NCBI GenBank assembly: GCA_013166775.1
Contig: JABLTJ010000002.1
Coordinates: 128,001 to 192,000, forward strand
DNA: 64,000 bases
Reading direction: 5' to 3'
Source of the DNA: Promethearchaeati archaeon
GTDB taxonomy: Archaea > Asgardarchaeota > Heimdallarchaeia > Heimdallarchaeales > Heimdallarchaeaceae
Under the pieces are notes generated by a model, which saw only the letters and a program-made list of their open reading frames with translations, made no database searches and had not been told where the DNA came from. Shown piece after piece: positions 55,675 through 64,000 of the stretch (the first letter of the stretch is position 1; every line of letters starts with the position of its first letter). Both the position numbers and the translations under genes were made by a program.

Positions 55675-57462
55675 CTAAAAATCTAATTCTTTTTCTATGC
55701 TTTCAATTTCAATTTCTTCAACTTTTTTTGGTTCAGGTTTTGGTTCTGGTTCAGGTTCTGATTCAACCTGCGGTAATTCAACCTCAACTAATTTTTCAAA
55801 TTTCATTGATTTGAAATAATTATGATGAATACTTTCCTCATTATAAAGCTCTATTGCTTTCTTACGAATTCTCTCGTAGTTTTGTTCGTCTCCTATCTTG
55901 TTATAGCAATCGAGGGTAGATTTTATGTAACCTCTTATCGCATACTCACTTTTCGCTAATGGGAGAGATAAAGATAATTTTTCAAACTGATCTGCAGCTC
56001 TTGTATACGATCTTTTTGCCTTTAATTCTTGATCTACAGCGTCATAATATTGAGCTGATTTCACATATAATTTTGCTGCAAAGTAATAATTTTTCTCTTC
56101 AAATTCTCTTGCCATGTTTTCACAAAAGCCACCTGCTTGTTCTAATTCTTTTATTAATTCAAATTGCTGCACATTTATCAATGAAAAGTCATATGCTCTT
56201 TGATACATCTTTTTCTTTATGCATATATTTGCTATTTTCTTCACTTTGGATGTTAATGCAAAATCAGCTAAAGGATCTCTAATTTTAGCAGATAGTTGAT
56301 TGATTATCTCAATGGTTCCAGTAGATGGGGCAATATCTTTGTCAAGATCATCCAAAATGCCATCCAATTTAACCATCAGAGTTGTTAATGGTCCGAACAA
56401 TCTTATTCTAAACTTCATTGTTGTTAGAAGTGATTCTTGCAATAATCTAGCATACGTTTCACCTAACCAAAGCATACCTTTTTCTTCAAGTTTCTTCAAT
56501 GTTGGAGTTGAAATATAAGCTGATAATTGTTCAATAGGAAACAAATTCTCATTGTAAGAAGCCATTTCTAACAAAGCAGTTTCTTCTTCTTCATTTAATT
56601 CAAACAAATCTTTTAAATTGCGTTCTACAAAATTTTCAAGCCCCAAATCTGAAGAGATAAAAGCAATCCCTAAATTTAAATCAAAAATTGATCTCTTACT
56701 TGTTGTTATTAAATCCAAAACCCCTTTGTTTATCAATTGTGGAGCTTTCCTTCGCAAGTAAATTTCAGTTTCTGAAATAGACAATGCTTCTACCTTAAGA
56801 ATATTTGAATTGTCAGTAAGATATTTTTCGTAATCAAAATCATACAGAAACCTTTCATCAAATGTGCTTGTAACTATTATGTTATACTGTCGTTCCTTTA
56901 GTTCTTTAATTATAGAAGCAAAAATTGGATAGAATTCATATAAATCCAGTAATTTAAAAAGATGCAAATTATCAACGAAGAAATAAAGAAAAGTACTAGT
57001 TTCTATTAATTTTTGGTTTATCTTATCCAAATTTTCGAAGAATAAATTTACATAGAATTCTGTAAAAGAGATACTCGCTGGTTTCTTAACCTCTTCATCT
57101 AGTCCAGGTAGATCATCTCCTAATCTCTTTTTACCCACTTTTTCAAGTAAGGAGCGCCATTCAGGGGCTAATTCATCTATTTTGTTTTTCCATTCCTTAA
57201 AGAAATCCAGAAGTCCTCTTTCTTTTGGTACAAGTTCAAAACGATGTGCAATGTCTTTTCTTCCAGTAGCAGTGGTTTCAAGTTTCTGCAAAAGTGAACT
57301 TTTCCCAGTTCCTTCAGCTCCAACTATTAAGAACGATAATACTTCAGATTCTCCTCTTTTTTTCTTATTTACAAGTTCAACAAAATTATTTATTGTCTCT
57401 CTCAGACCATAAAAGTCATGTGGCTGGCATGGTTGGAAAAGACTAATATTCTCTATAGTCAT
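55675..57462 (-). CDS. P-loop ATPase (STAND/AAA-like) with C-terminal TPR/alpha-SNAP-like repeats
   Basis: DFYG.RE, Walker A GAEGTGKS, Walker B FFVDN; C-terminal AAKLYVKSAQYY...AKRSYTRAADQF helical repeats; EPEPEPKPEP tail. Confidence 0.75.
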   Translation of the reverse strand: MTIENISLFQPCQPHDFYGLRETINNFVELVNKKKRGESEVLSFLIVGAEGTGKSSLLQKLETTATGRKDIAHRFELVPKERGLLDFFKEWKNKIDELAPEWRSLLEKVGKKRLGDDLPGLDEEVKKPASISFTEFYVNLFFENLDKINQKLIETSTFLYFFVDNLHLFKLLDLYEFYPIFASIIKELKERQYNIIVTSTFDERFLYDFDYEKYLTDNSNILKVEALSISETEIYLRRKAPQLINKGVLDLITTSKRSIFDLNLGIAFISSDLGLENFVERNLKDLFELNEEEETALLEMASYNENLFPIEQLSAYISTPTLKKLEEKGMLWLGETYARLLQESLLTTMKFRIRLFGPLTTLMVKLDGILDDLDKDIAPSTGTIEIINQLSAKIRDPLADFALTSKVKKIANICIKKKMYQRAYDFSLINVQQFELIKELEQAGGFCENMAREFEEKNYYFAAKLYVKSAQYYDAVDQELKAKRSYTRAADQFEKLSLSLPLAKSEYAIRGYIKSTLDCYNKIGDEQNYERIRKKAIELYNEESIHHNYFKSMKFEKLVEVELPQVESEPEPEPKPEPKKVEEIEIESIEKELDF

Positions 57463-57662
57463 TTGAATCCTCGCGCAATTCTTAATTTGATAATATACAT
57501 TTTCTACTTATAAAATCTGTGAATGATTAACATTATGAAAAGATTTGCTTTGTTGTAAATGTTGCTTATTTTTTCTATGGCTATATATTCCAATTAGAAA
57601 GAGATAAAAATGTATTTGCCAGATTGTTCATAATAACCGCAGAGGTGAAATGATGACGATAG

Positions 57663-58088
57663 GTGAACGTTTTGTTGGCTCCAGCAATAATTCAAGTAGA
57701 AGAGCTGGAAAGAATCGAAGAATCAAAAGAAGGGATCATCTTTGCGCGAAAGAGGATAAAGGAGCTTGAGAATAGCCTTATTTTTCTAAATGAATTGTAC
57801 AATCAGAGTTTGATCATTTTACTTGATCAACTAAAAGATAAGCAAAAACAGATATTCTTTGCAGCATCGAAGATTTTAACTAAAAAGAATATATCTCTGA
57901 ATAGACTATCAAACATGCTTTCAGAAAGATTTGATTTATCATTCTCCACTATCAAATGGAATCTAACGAAGCTAAGAGATATTGGCTTGTTTGAAACCTT
58001 TGGTGAAAGAGGAAATACTAAGACTATTCTAATGCTGACACATCTTGGTCTCTCTCTTTACTCGAATTTTGCGCAAACTGGAAAATAA
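57663..58088 (+). CDS. Winged-helix DNA-binding protein with N-terminal coiled coil
   Basis: SLNRLS...LSFSTIKWNLTKLRDIGLF...LTHLG; likely start TTG 57672. Confidence 0.75.
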   Translation: MNVLLAPAIIQVEELERIEESKEGIIFARKRIKELENSLIFLNELYNQSLIILLDQLKDKQKQIFFAASKILTKKNISLNRLSNMLSERFDLSFSTIKWNLTKLRDIGLFETFGERGNTKTILMLTHLGLSLYSNFAQTGK

Positions 58089-58145
58089 AATTGTAGAAAC
58101 ACAAAATAATAAATGGTATATGCATAAAAGTAAAATGGTCGAGAA

Positions 58146-59066
58146 ATGAAATCCGATTTTAAGAAATACAAAAAATCAGGATCAATCTTAGCGGACGCTT
58201 TAAAATACGCTAAAGAGATTACAAAACCTGGAATAAAACTCATTGATATTGCTGAAAAAATGGAAAATTTCATTCGAAATCAATCTGCTCAGCCAGCTTT
58301 CCCAGTAAACATCTCAATTAATGAGATTGCAGCTCATTATTCTCCAGTAGTAAACGATGATAGTACAATACCGGAAGGATCAATTGTTAAGATTGATGCA
58401 GGAGTTTCTGTAGATGGATTCCTTACAGATGCAGCTCGAACCTTTATTTTTGATGAAAAATGGACTAAAATGAAACTTCTGGCTGAAAATGCTCTAGAAA
58501 ATGCACTAAAGGAAATTAGACCAAATGGCAGTGTTTTCAAGGTTGGAGAAATAATTGAGAAGACAATTAAGAAGGAAGGATATAAACCAATAGTGAATCT
58601 TAGTGGTCATCTAATGACCCAGTATTCCTTACATGGAGGAGTCTCAATACCAAACTACAAGATTTCAAGAGAAGCAAGAGACGATTCACATAGATTTATT
58701 CCTGGAAATGCTTATGCAATAGAACCTTTTGTAACAACAGGATCTGGAAAAGTATTTGATGATAAAAATACGACAATTTACAGACATTATCGAGATTTCA
58801 AGAAAAATGAAATTCCAGAAGATATTGAGGAAATCTATCTATATATCAAACAAAATTTCTTTAATTTACCTTTTAGCTGGAGATGGTTATTTAACTCAGG
58901 TTTCAGCGTAAAACAAATTGATAAAGCAAAAGAAATTTTGCTAAGTAAGCATATTGTACATGGTTATCCTGTTTTGATAGAATCAAAATTCGCTCCTGTG
59001 ACACAGGCGGAAGAAACTATTTATGTTAATAAGGATGAAATCATAATTCTAACAAACACAAAATAG
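58146..59066 (+). CDS. map: Methionine aminopeptidase type II
   Basis: AFPVNISINEIAAHY, KIDAGVSVDGFLTDAA, NLSGH, AIEPF, helical insert, AQ/TQAEETI. Confidence 0.95.
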   Translation: MKSDFKKYKKSGSILADALKYAKEITKPGIKLIDIAEKMENFIRNQSAQPAFPVNISINEIAAHYSPVVNDDSTIPEGSIVKIDAGVSVDGFLTDAARTFIFDEKWTKMKLLAENALENALKEIRPNGSVFKVGEIIEKTIKKEGYKPIVNLSGHLMTQYSLHGGVSIPNYKISREARDDSHRFIPGNAYAIEPFVTTGSGKVFDDKNTTIYRHYRDFKKNEIPEDIEEIYLYIKQNFFNLPFSWRWLFNSGFSVKQIDKAKEILLSKHIVHGYPVLIESKFAPVTQAEETIYVNKDEIIILTNTK

Positions 59067-59088
59067 TTTTGATAAAAGAAAAAAGAGA

Positions 59089-60273
59089 TTAGATGATTAA
59101 ATCCTCAAGTTCTCTTGGATAGGGAGTAATGTGCTCTGATCCATCTTCTGTGATGATAACAGTTTCTGAATGTCTGAATCCTCCGAATTTATATTCGTAG
59201 ATTCCAGGCTCGCATGTTAATACCATACCAGGTTTCATGATTTCATCTACACCTATATCTAGAAATGGTGCTTCATGACCTTCTAAACCTATAGCATGAC
59301 CGGTGTGGTGTTGTGTTAGATTATTCAAACCTTCTTCTTTGAAAACAGCAATTGCAGCTTTGTCAACTGCACTACATGGAACACCAGGTTTGAACGCTTC
59401 CAACGCAGTATCTTGTGCTTTTTTCATTACGTTGAAATATCGTTTTTGTTTTTCATTGGGTTTTCCAATGAACATCGTTCTCTCTAGCTCTGATAAATAT
59501 CCTGATACATTTGCAGATGCACCTGTTACAAGAACATCACCCTTCTTGAAGGCAGTTTTTTGCAGTACGGAATGAGGGATAGCTGACCATTCACCTATTT
59601 GTCCCCTGTAACCTGCACCAGCTGGTAAAAAGTTTCTAGGGATAAAACCTTCTAAATCATTTAACATTTTCTTTGAAGCTTCCATACTTGCATGCAAAGA
59701 AACATCTACTTCATTCTTACCTTCTGCAGTATACTCTTGAAGTAATCGATGTGCTAAATCACCATACTTAGCAGAGATTCTAATCAAATTCAATTCTTCT
59801 TCATCTTTGATTTTACGAATTTGTGGAATTAAAGCAGAATGAATTTCTGTTTTAGTTTTGTTTCCAATGAGATCAGTTAGTTTTGGTCCTTCATAACCCC
59901 AATAATTTGAAAATGAAGGAGCTTCCAATCCGATTTTTAAACTAGTAATCTTATTTTCAACAAGGTTATCAACGAATATTTTTGCAGGATGCTTTTCATC
60001 AGGATATTCAAAGTATAATTCCCTATGAATCCAGGGTAACTTTTCCATTAAGTGTTCTTTTTCCAATCTAGGAACAAAAAACCACGGATCATCTAGTGCT
60101 GGAAGTACAAAAGCAATTGGTCTTTCAGTTGGAATAAAATGATATCCGGTTAGATAGTAAATAGAAAGAGGATTGAAAAAAATCATTGATCCTAGTTCTT
60201 TATCCTTACAAAAATGTTGTATTTTTGCTCTTCTTTTTTTGTGATTTTCTTTTGAAATTGCATATTTGTTCAT
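59089..60273 (-). CDS. Xaa-Pro peptidase (M24B family)
   Basis: Creatinase-like N-domain; RKIKDEEEL, IPH, SELERT, HTGHAIGLEGHE, EPGIY, RHSET. Confidence 0.9.
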   Translation of the reverse strand: MNKYAISKENHKKRRAKIQHFCKDKELGSMIFFNPLSIYYLTGYHFIPTERPIAFVLPALDDPWFFVPRLEKEHLMEKLPWIHRELYFEYPDEKHPAKIFVDNLVENKITSLKIGLEAPSFSNYWGYEGPKLTDLIGNKTKTEIHSALIPQIRKIKDEEELNLIRISAKYGDLAHRLLQEYTAEGKNEVDVSLHASMEASKKMLNDLEGFIPRNFLPAGAGYRGQIGEWSAIPHSVLQKTAFKKGDVLVTGASANVSGYLSELERTMFIGKPNEKQKRYFNVMKKAQDTALEAFKPGVPCSAVDKAAIAVFKEEGLNNLTQHHTGHAIGLEGHEAPFLDIGVDEIMKPGMVLTCEPGIYEYKFGGFRHSETVIITEDGSEHITPYPRELEDLII

Positions 60274-60292
60274 TTGAAGTCACTCCGATTTT

Positions 60293-60739
60293 TTATGCGA
60301 ATCCTATGACCGTACTTGTTGGAAGTACTTTACGGAGTTCTATTAAATCCGGTTTGTATAGGTATACTAAGCTTGGAGAATGATCCTCATTATTGAAGTT
60401 TTCCCACGATTCTTTGTATTTATTGATCGCTTTACTAACAAGGAATTGTTCTATTAACTCTCCAGATATAATATAAGTTCCTCTCCCTAAATCTCTTCTT
60501 CTGATGATTAGAATTGGTAGATATACATCCTTGTGTTTTTCTTTTGGGCATAACTCTAGAAGGATTTGTATTTCTTTTTTATTGATATATAGTTGAGCAT
60601 CTTCTCTATTAACATAATAGAGATTCCCTTGTTCTGCCATCAGAAGAGTTATTCGTTTCTTAGGTAGATGGTTATTCACTGAATCTATTTCATATTTAAG
60701 GTATTTACTCAGTTTATCATCAAAACTCAATAATTCCAC
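60293..60739 (-). CDS. DUF61-family archaeal protein
   Basis: EIDSVNNHLPKKRITL, LPILI, LRKVLPTSTVIGF. Confidence 0.8.
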   Translation of the reverse strand: MELLSFDDKLSKYLKYEIDSVNNHLPKKRITLLMAEQGNLYYVNREDAQLYINKKEIQILLELCPKEKHKDVYLPILIIRRRDLGRGTYIISGELIEQFLVSKAINKYKESWENFNNEDHSPSLVYLYKPDLIELRKVLPTSTVIGFA

Positions 60740-60744
60740 CTGTA

Positions 60745-61554
60745 CTAATCAGAATATTTCCGTGGAAAGAATATTCTATCTACTTTATTATATATTAAAT
60801 AAGAACCTGTCAATATTGGTATAAATAGTGAGATTAAACTCACAAAAGCAAATATTATTACAGATCCTGATAAATAGCTTAGAAGTATATCTTTGTTCTC
60901 GAAGGCTTGTGTTGCAAATATTAGGATTACCGCTATAGCACAGTTGACAATTACATCTATGAATATTGCATAAATAATCCAATTTCTGATTCCAGATTTG
61001 TTAGCTGAGTAAGTTCTTGCAACCTTACCAACAAAAAAACCAACGAAGATAGCAAAAGGTATACCCAAAATTATAGATAGCGAGTTAATATTCAACACGG
61101 TTGTTATATCACTCGGAAATGTTGGATAAAGATCAAAATCTGCATCTACGAAATTTATTGATAAGAATGAAACTAGAAGATTTAATCCATAATGTAACGT
61201 AGAGATTATTAAAGTAAAGAGAGTTACAAATAAGAATTTTCTTCCCATAGAAAATTGAGTTCGTTTTGTTTTAAGGATATCGACAACTTCATCAAGTTTT
61301 ACTTTTTTCTTTGGAACTTCTGGGATTTCAGGGAGTGCAACTTTCTTAGATTCTACGTCTGGAGCTTCTGGAGTTTCAGAAACTTCAAGAGTGCCAGGAA
61401 TACCAGGAACACTTGGTAAATCCTTTGCATCAGGTATTTTTTCTTCCTTCTCTGTTTCTGCTGGAGCAATTTCATAATCGCAGAAAACACACTTTTTAGT
61501 GCCTTTTATATTTAGATTTCCACAATTGGAGCATCGATCAAATTCTTCACTCAT
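60745..61554 (-). CDS. Zinc-ribbon + Pro/Glu linker + 4-TM membrane protein
   Basis: CSNCG...CVFC, P/E-rich linker, four TMs. Confidence 0.75.
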   Translation of the reverse strand: MSEEFDRCSNCGNLNIKGTKKCVFCDYEIAPAETEKEEKIPDAKDLPSVPGIPGTLEVSETPEAPDVESKKVALPEIPEVPKKKVKLDEVVDILKTKRTQFSMGRKFLFVTLFTLIISTLHYGLNLLVSFLSINFVDADFDLYPTFPSDITTVLNINSLSIILGIPFAIFVGFFVGKVARTYSANKSGIRNWIIYAIFIDVIVNCAIAVILIFATQAFENKDILLSYLSGSVIIFAFVSLISLFIPILTGSYLIYNKVDRIFFPRKYSD

Positions 61555-61608
61555 TAATAAATAATATTGAGATTGAAATTAAAAAAGTATCTGAAAAAAC
61601 TTGATTTT

Positions 61609-62781
61609 TCAATAATCAACTTCATATTGTTTAGAATCTTCAATTAATTTCTTGAATAGATTCTCTTGTTTTACAGAAAAAGGCATTACATCTTTTAATT
61701 TTTCAAGCAATTCTTTTTCTTCTTCAGACATCCTTTCTGGGATTTCATAATGGATGACTGCAAGGAAATCCCCATAGTTCATACCGTAAGAAGTTTTACG
61801 TTTGATACCTTTTCTTTGTAATCTTAGAATGCTTCCTTCTTTGGTCTTTTTTGGTATTTTGATTTTCTCTGGACCATATGGAGTGGGTATAGTAAAATTT
61901 CCACCAAGAATTGCGAGGGGGAAAGGAATTAAGATTTCTACAATAATATTATCACCTTGTCTTTTATAGAAAGGGTGGGACTCAACAATTAATCGAACAT
62001 AAAGATCTCCTCTTCCTCCTCCTAATCGACCCTCTTCACCTTTACTTTTAATCCTGAGTCGAAAACCAGAATCAACACCTGGAGGAATATCTAGTTTGAT
62101 TTTTTCGTTTTCCTTTGAACGTCCAGATCCCTTGCATCCCTTACATGGTTTATCTACTATTTCTCCCTTTCCTCTACATGTACTGCAGACTTGTTGTGAA
62201 ATATACCTAGTGAAACCCATTTGACGTTCAATAGTCTCCATTCCAGATCCTTGACAGTTTTTACATGTTTCTGGGGAGGTTCCCTTTTGTGCTCCAGAAC
62301 CATTGCATTCCGTACATTCTTTCTTTATTGGTACATCTACAACTTTCTTAGTTCCATAAACAGCATCTTCAAAAGTAATTTCGTAGTTCATTAGTAAATC
62401 GGATCCTGATTGAGGACCTGTAGGACGACGACGTTGTCTTCCACCAAAAAACATACTGAAAAGATCATCTCCCATAAAGTCATCTCTGAAAAGTGAGGAG
62501 AATAGATCGGATATTGTAGAAAAATCTCTTGCGTTTACTCTAGAAAAATCAGATTGAACCCCAGCGAATCCAAAACGATCATATGAAGATCTTTTTTGTG
62601 GATCGGATAAAATCTCGTAAGCTTCACTAGCTTCCTTGAACTTCTCTGCTGCTTTTGGGTCATCAGGATTTCTATCAGGATGATTTTCCATAGCTTTCTT
62701 CCGAAAAGCTTTCTTTAGCTCGTCTTCAGTAGCATCTTTGGACACCCCTAATACTTCGTAGTAATCTCGTTTTTCAGACAT
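61609..62781 (-). CDS. dnaJ: Chaperone DnaJ
   Basis: J-domain with HPD, G/F region, four CxxCxGxG repeats. Confidence 0.97.
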   Translation of the reverse strand: MSEKRDYYEVLGVSKDATEDELKKAFRKKAMENHPDRNPDDPKAAEKFKEASEAYEILSDPQKRSSYDRFGFAGVQSDFSRVNARDFSTISDLFSSLFRDDFMGDDLFSMFFGGRQRRRPTGPQSGSDLLMNYEITFEDAVYGTKKVVDVPIKKECTECNGSGAQKGTSPETCKNCQGSGMETIERQMGFTRYISQQVCSTCRGKGEIVDKPCKGCKGSGRSKENEKIKLDIPPGVDSGFRLRIKSKGEEGRLGGGRGDLYVRLIVESHPFYKRQGDNIIVEILIPFPLAILGGNFTIPTPYGPEKIKIPKKTKEGSILRLQRKGIKRKTSYGMNYGDFLAVIHYEIPERMSEEEKELLEKLKDVMPFSVKQENLFKKLIEDSKQYEVDY

Positions 62782-62817
62782 GAATTATCACTATCATAAC
62801 TTGAGAGTAAACAATGT

Positions 62818-62867
62818 AAAAAAATAGAGATAAAAATATTATCGGTTTTTGAGAGTTTACCGATAAT
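62818..62867 (-). terminator. Hairpin + U-tract between dnaK and dnaJ
   Basis: Perfect 9-bp inverted repeat ATTATCGGT (62838-46) / ACCGATAAT (62859-67), followed on the minus strand by T-runs. Confidence 0.55.
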
Positions 62868-62868
62868 C

Positions 62869-64000
62869 TTATTCTTCATCTTCAACAGGTTCATAGTCTA
62901 CATCAATGATTTGTTCTTCATCAATATCTGCTTGTGGTGCTGCACCTGGTTCACCAGGAGCTCCAGGTCCATAAGGCATATCTCCTGGTTGAGGACCTCC
63001 GGGAGCTTGACCAGTTTCAGCGTAAATTCTTTGTGAAATCTGCATTATCTCTTGTATGAGCTCTTCAGTTTTAGCTTTGATTTCTTCAGTATTATCATTT
63101 TCTGCAGTTTTTTTCAATGTCTCAGCTTTTTCTTCGAGTGTAGATTTTTCAGTATCAGAGATTTTATCTCCCAAATCTTTTATTGTCTTTTCAGAAGTAT
63201 AAAGTGCCTGTTCTGCAGTGTTTTTAGCTTCGATAAGTTCTCTACGTACTTGGTCTTCTTCTTTGTATTTTTCAGAATCTCCCTTCATTTTTTCGATGTC
63301 CTCATCAGATAGATGAGATGATTGAATAACAATACTTTGTTCTTTTCCTGTCCCAAGATCTTTAGCAGATACTTGAAGGATACCATTTGCATCCATATCA
63401 AAGGAAACCTCAACCTGAGGTATGCCTCTTGGAGCTGGCGGGATTCCAACAAGCTGAAACTGACCTAAAGTTATATTATCAGCTGCCATAGTTCTTTCTC
63501 CTTGAAGAACATGAATTTCTACAGATGTTTGCATATCTGCAGCAGTTGTGAATACATTTTTCTTTGTTACAGGAATAGTTGTATTTCGTTCAATAAGAGG
63601 AGTCATAACTCCACCTAGTGTTTCCACACCTAGGGTTAATGGAGTTACATCCAATAGAAGAATATCTTTTACTTCACCTGCTAGAACAGCAGCTTGGACT
63701 GCTGCACCAAGAGCAACAACTTCTTCAGGTGCTACACCTTTGTGAGGTTCTAAACCGAATAATTCCTTTGCCATATCTCTAATCATTGGCATTCTTGTAG
63801 CACCACCTACTAGAATTACTTTATCTAAATCTCCAAGTTTGATTTTAGCATCTTGCATAGCTTGTTTAGAAGGTCCTATACATTTTTCCACTAAATCCTT
63901 GCTCAAATCCTCGAATTTGGCTCTTGATAATTCTAAATCAAGGTGTTTTGGACCTGATGCATCTGCTGTAATATATGGAAGACTAATTTTTGTTTTCACT
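62869..64000 (-). CDS. dnaK: Chaperone DnaK (Hsp70), C-terminal part (5' end outside window)
   Basis: [48 protein letters not shown]. Confidence 0.97.
   Translation of the reverse strand, partial: VKTKISLPYITADASGPKHLDLELSRAKFEDLSKDLVEKCIGPSKQAMQDAKIKLGDLDKVILVGGATRMPMIRDMAKELFGLEPHKGVAPEEVVALGAAVQAAVLAGEVKDILLLDVTPLTLGVETLGGVMTPLIERNTTIPVTKKNVFTTAADMQTSVEIHVLQGERTMAADNITLGQFQLVGIPPAPRGIPQVEVSFDMDANGILQVSAKDLGTGKEQSIVIQSSHLSDEDIEKMKGDSEKYKEEDQVRRELIEAKNTAEQALYTSEKTIKDLGDKISDTEKSTLEEKAETLKKTAENDNTEEIKAKTEELIQEIMQISQRIYAETGQAPGGPQPGDMPYGPGAPGEPGAAPQADIDEEQIIDVDYEPVEDEE

Noticed and set aside
57615-57665. Fluoride riboswitch or C/D-box sRNA (AATAACCGC...ATGATGAC)
   Set aside because: P1 stem absent and no box D (CTGA) nearby.
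1-64000. Numerous 60-170 aa ORFs antisense to or nested in larger genes; CRISPR arrays, rRNA, transposases
   Set aside because: The short ORFs are shadow frames with Ser/Phe/Leu-rich composition; no repeat-spacer array, rRNA-like GC-rich block or transposase motif was seen.

Overview
AT-rich, gene-dense archaeal chromosome segment. A conserved Asgard-type actin, NucS, type II MetAP, RIO kinase, DUF61, archaeal promoter/SD signals and tRNA introns with BHB-like motifs point to an Asgard archaeon, probably Heimdallarchaeia (inference). No CRISPR array, rRNA or recognisable mobile element was seen. Main highlights: (1) a bacterial-type glutaminyl-tRNA synthetase, an enzyme classically considered absent from archaea, carrying an archaeal GluRS-like N-terminal domain and lying upstream of three tRNA-Gln genes; two have G73, two carry homologous non-canonical T-loop introns, and one is structurally odd. 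(2) Actin apparently co-transcribed with an AT-hook + bZIP-like coiled-coil protein whose promoter is bracketed by two inverted palindromic boxes, a ParMRC-like layout. (3) A three-gene operon of a P-loop ATPase with SNAP/TPR-like tail, a helical protein, and a 1256-aa TrmB-headed rod with a break at the midpoint of its helical region. (4) An unannotated leader peptide upstream of the RIO kinase. (5) A split methionine synthase next to a non-pyrrolysine MttB. All calls come from reading the sequence; no database searches were run.
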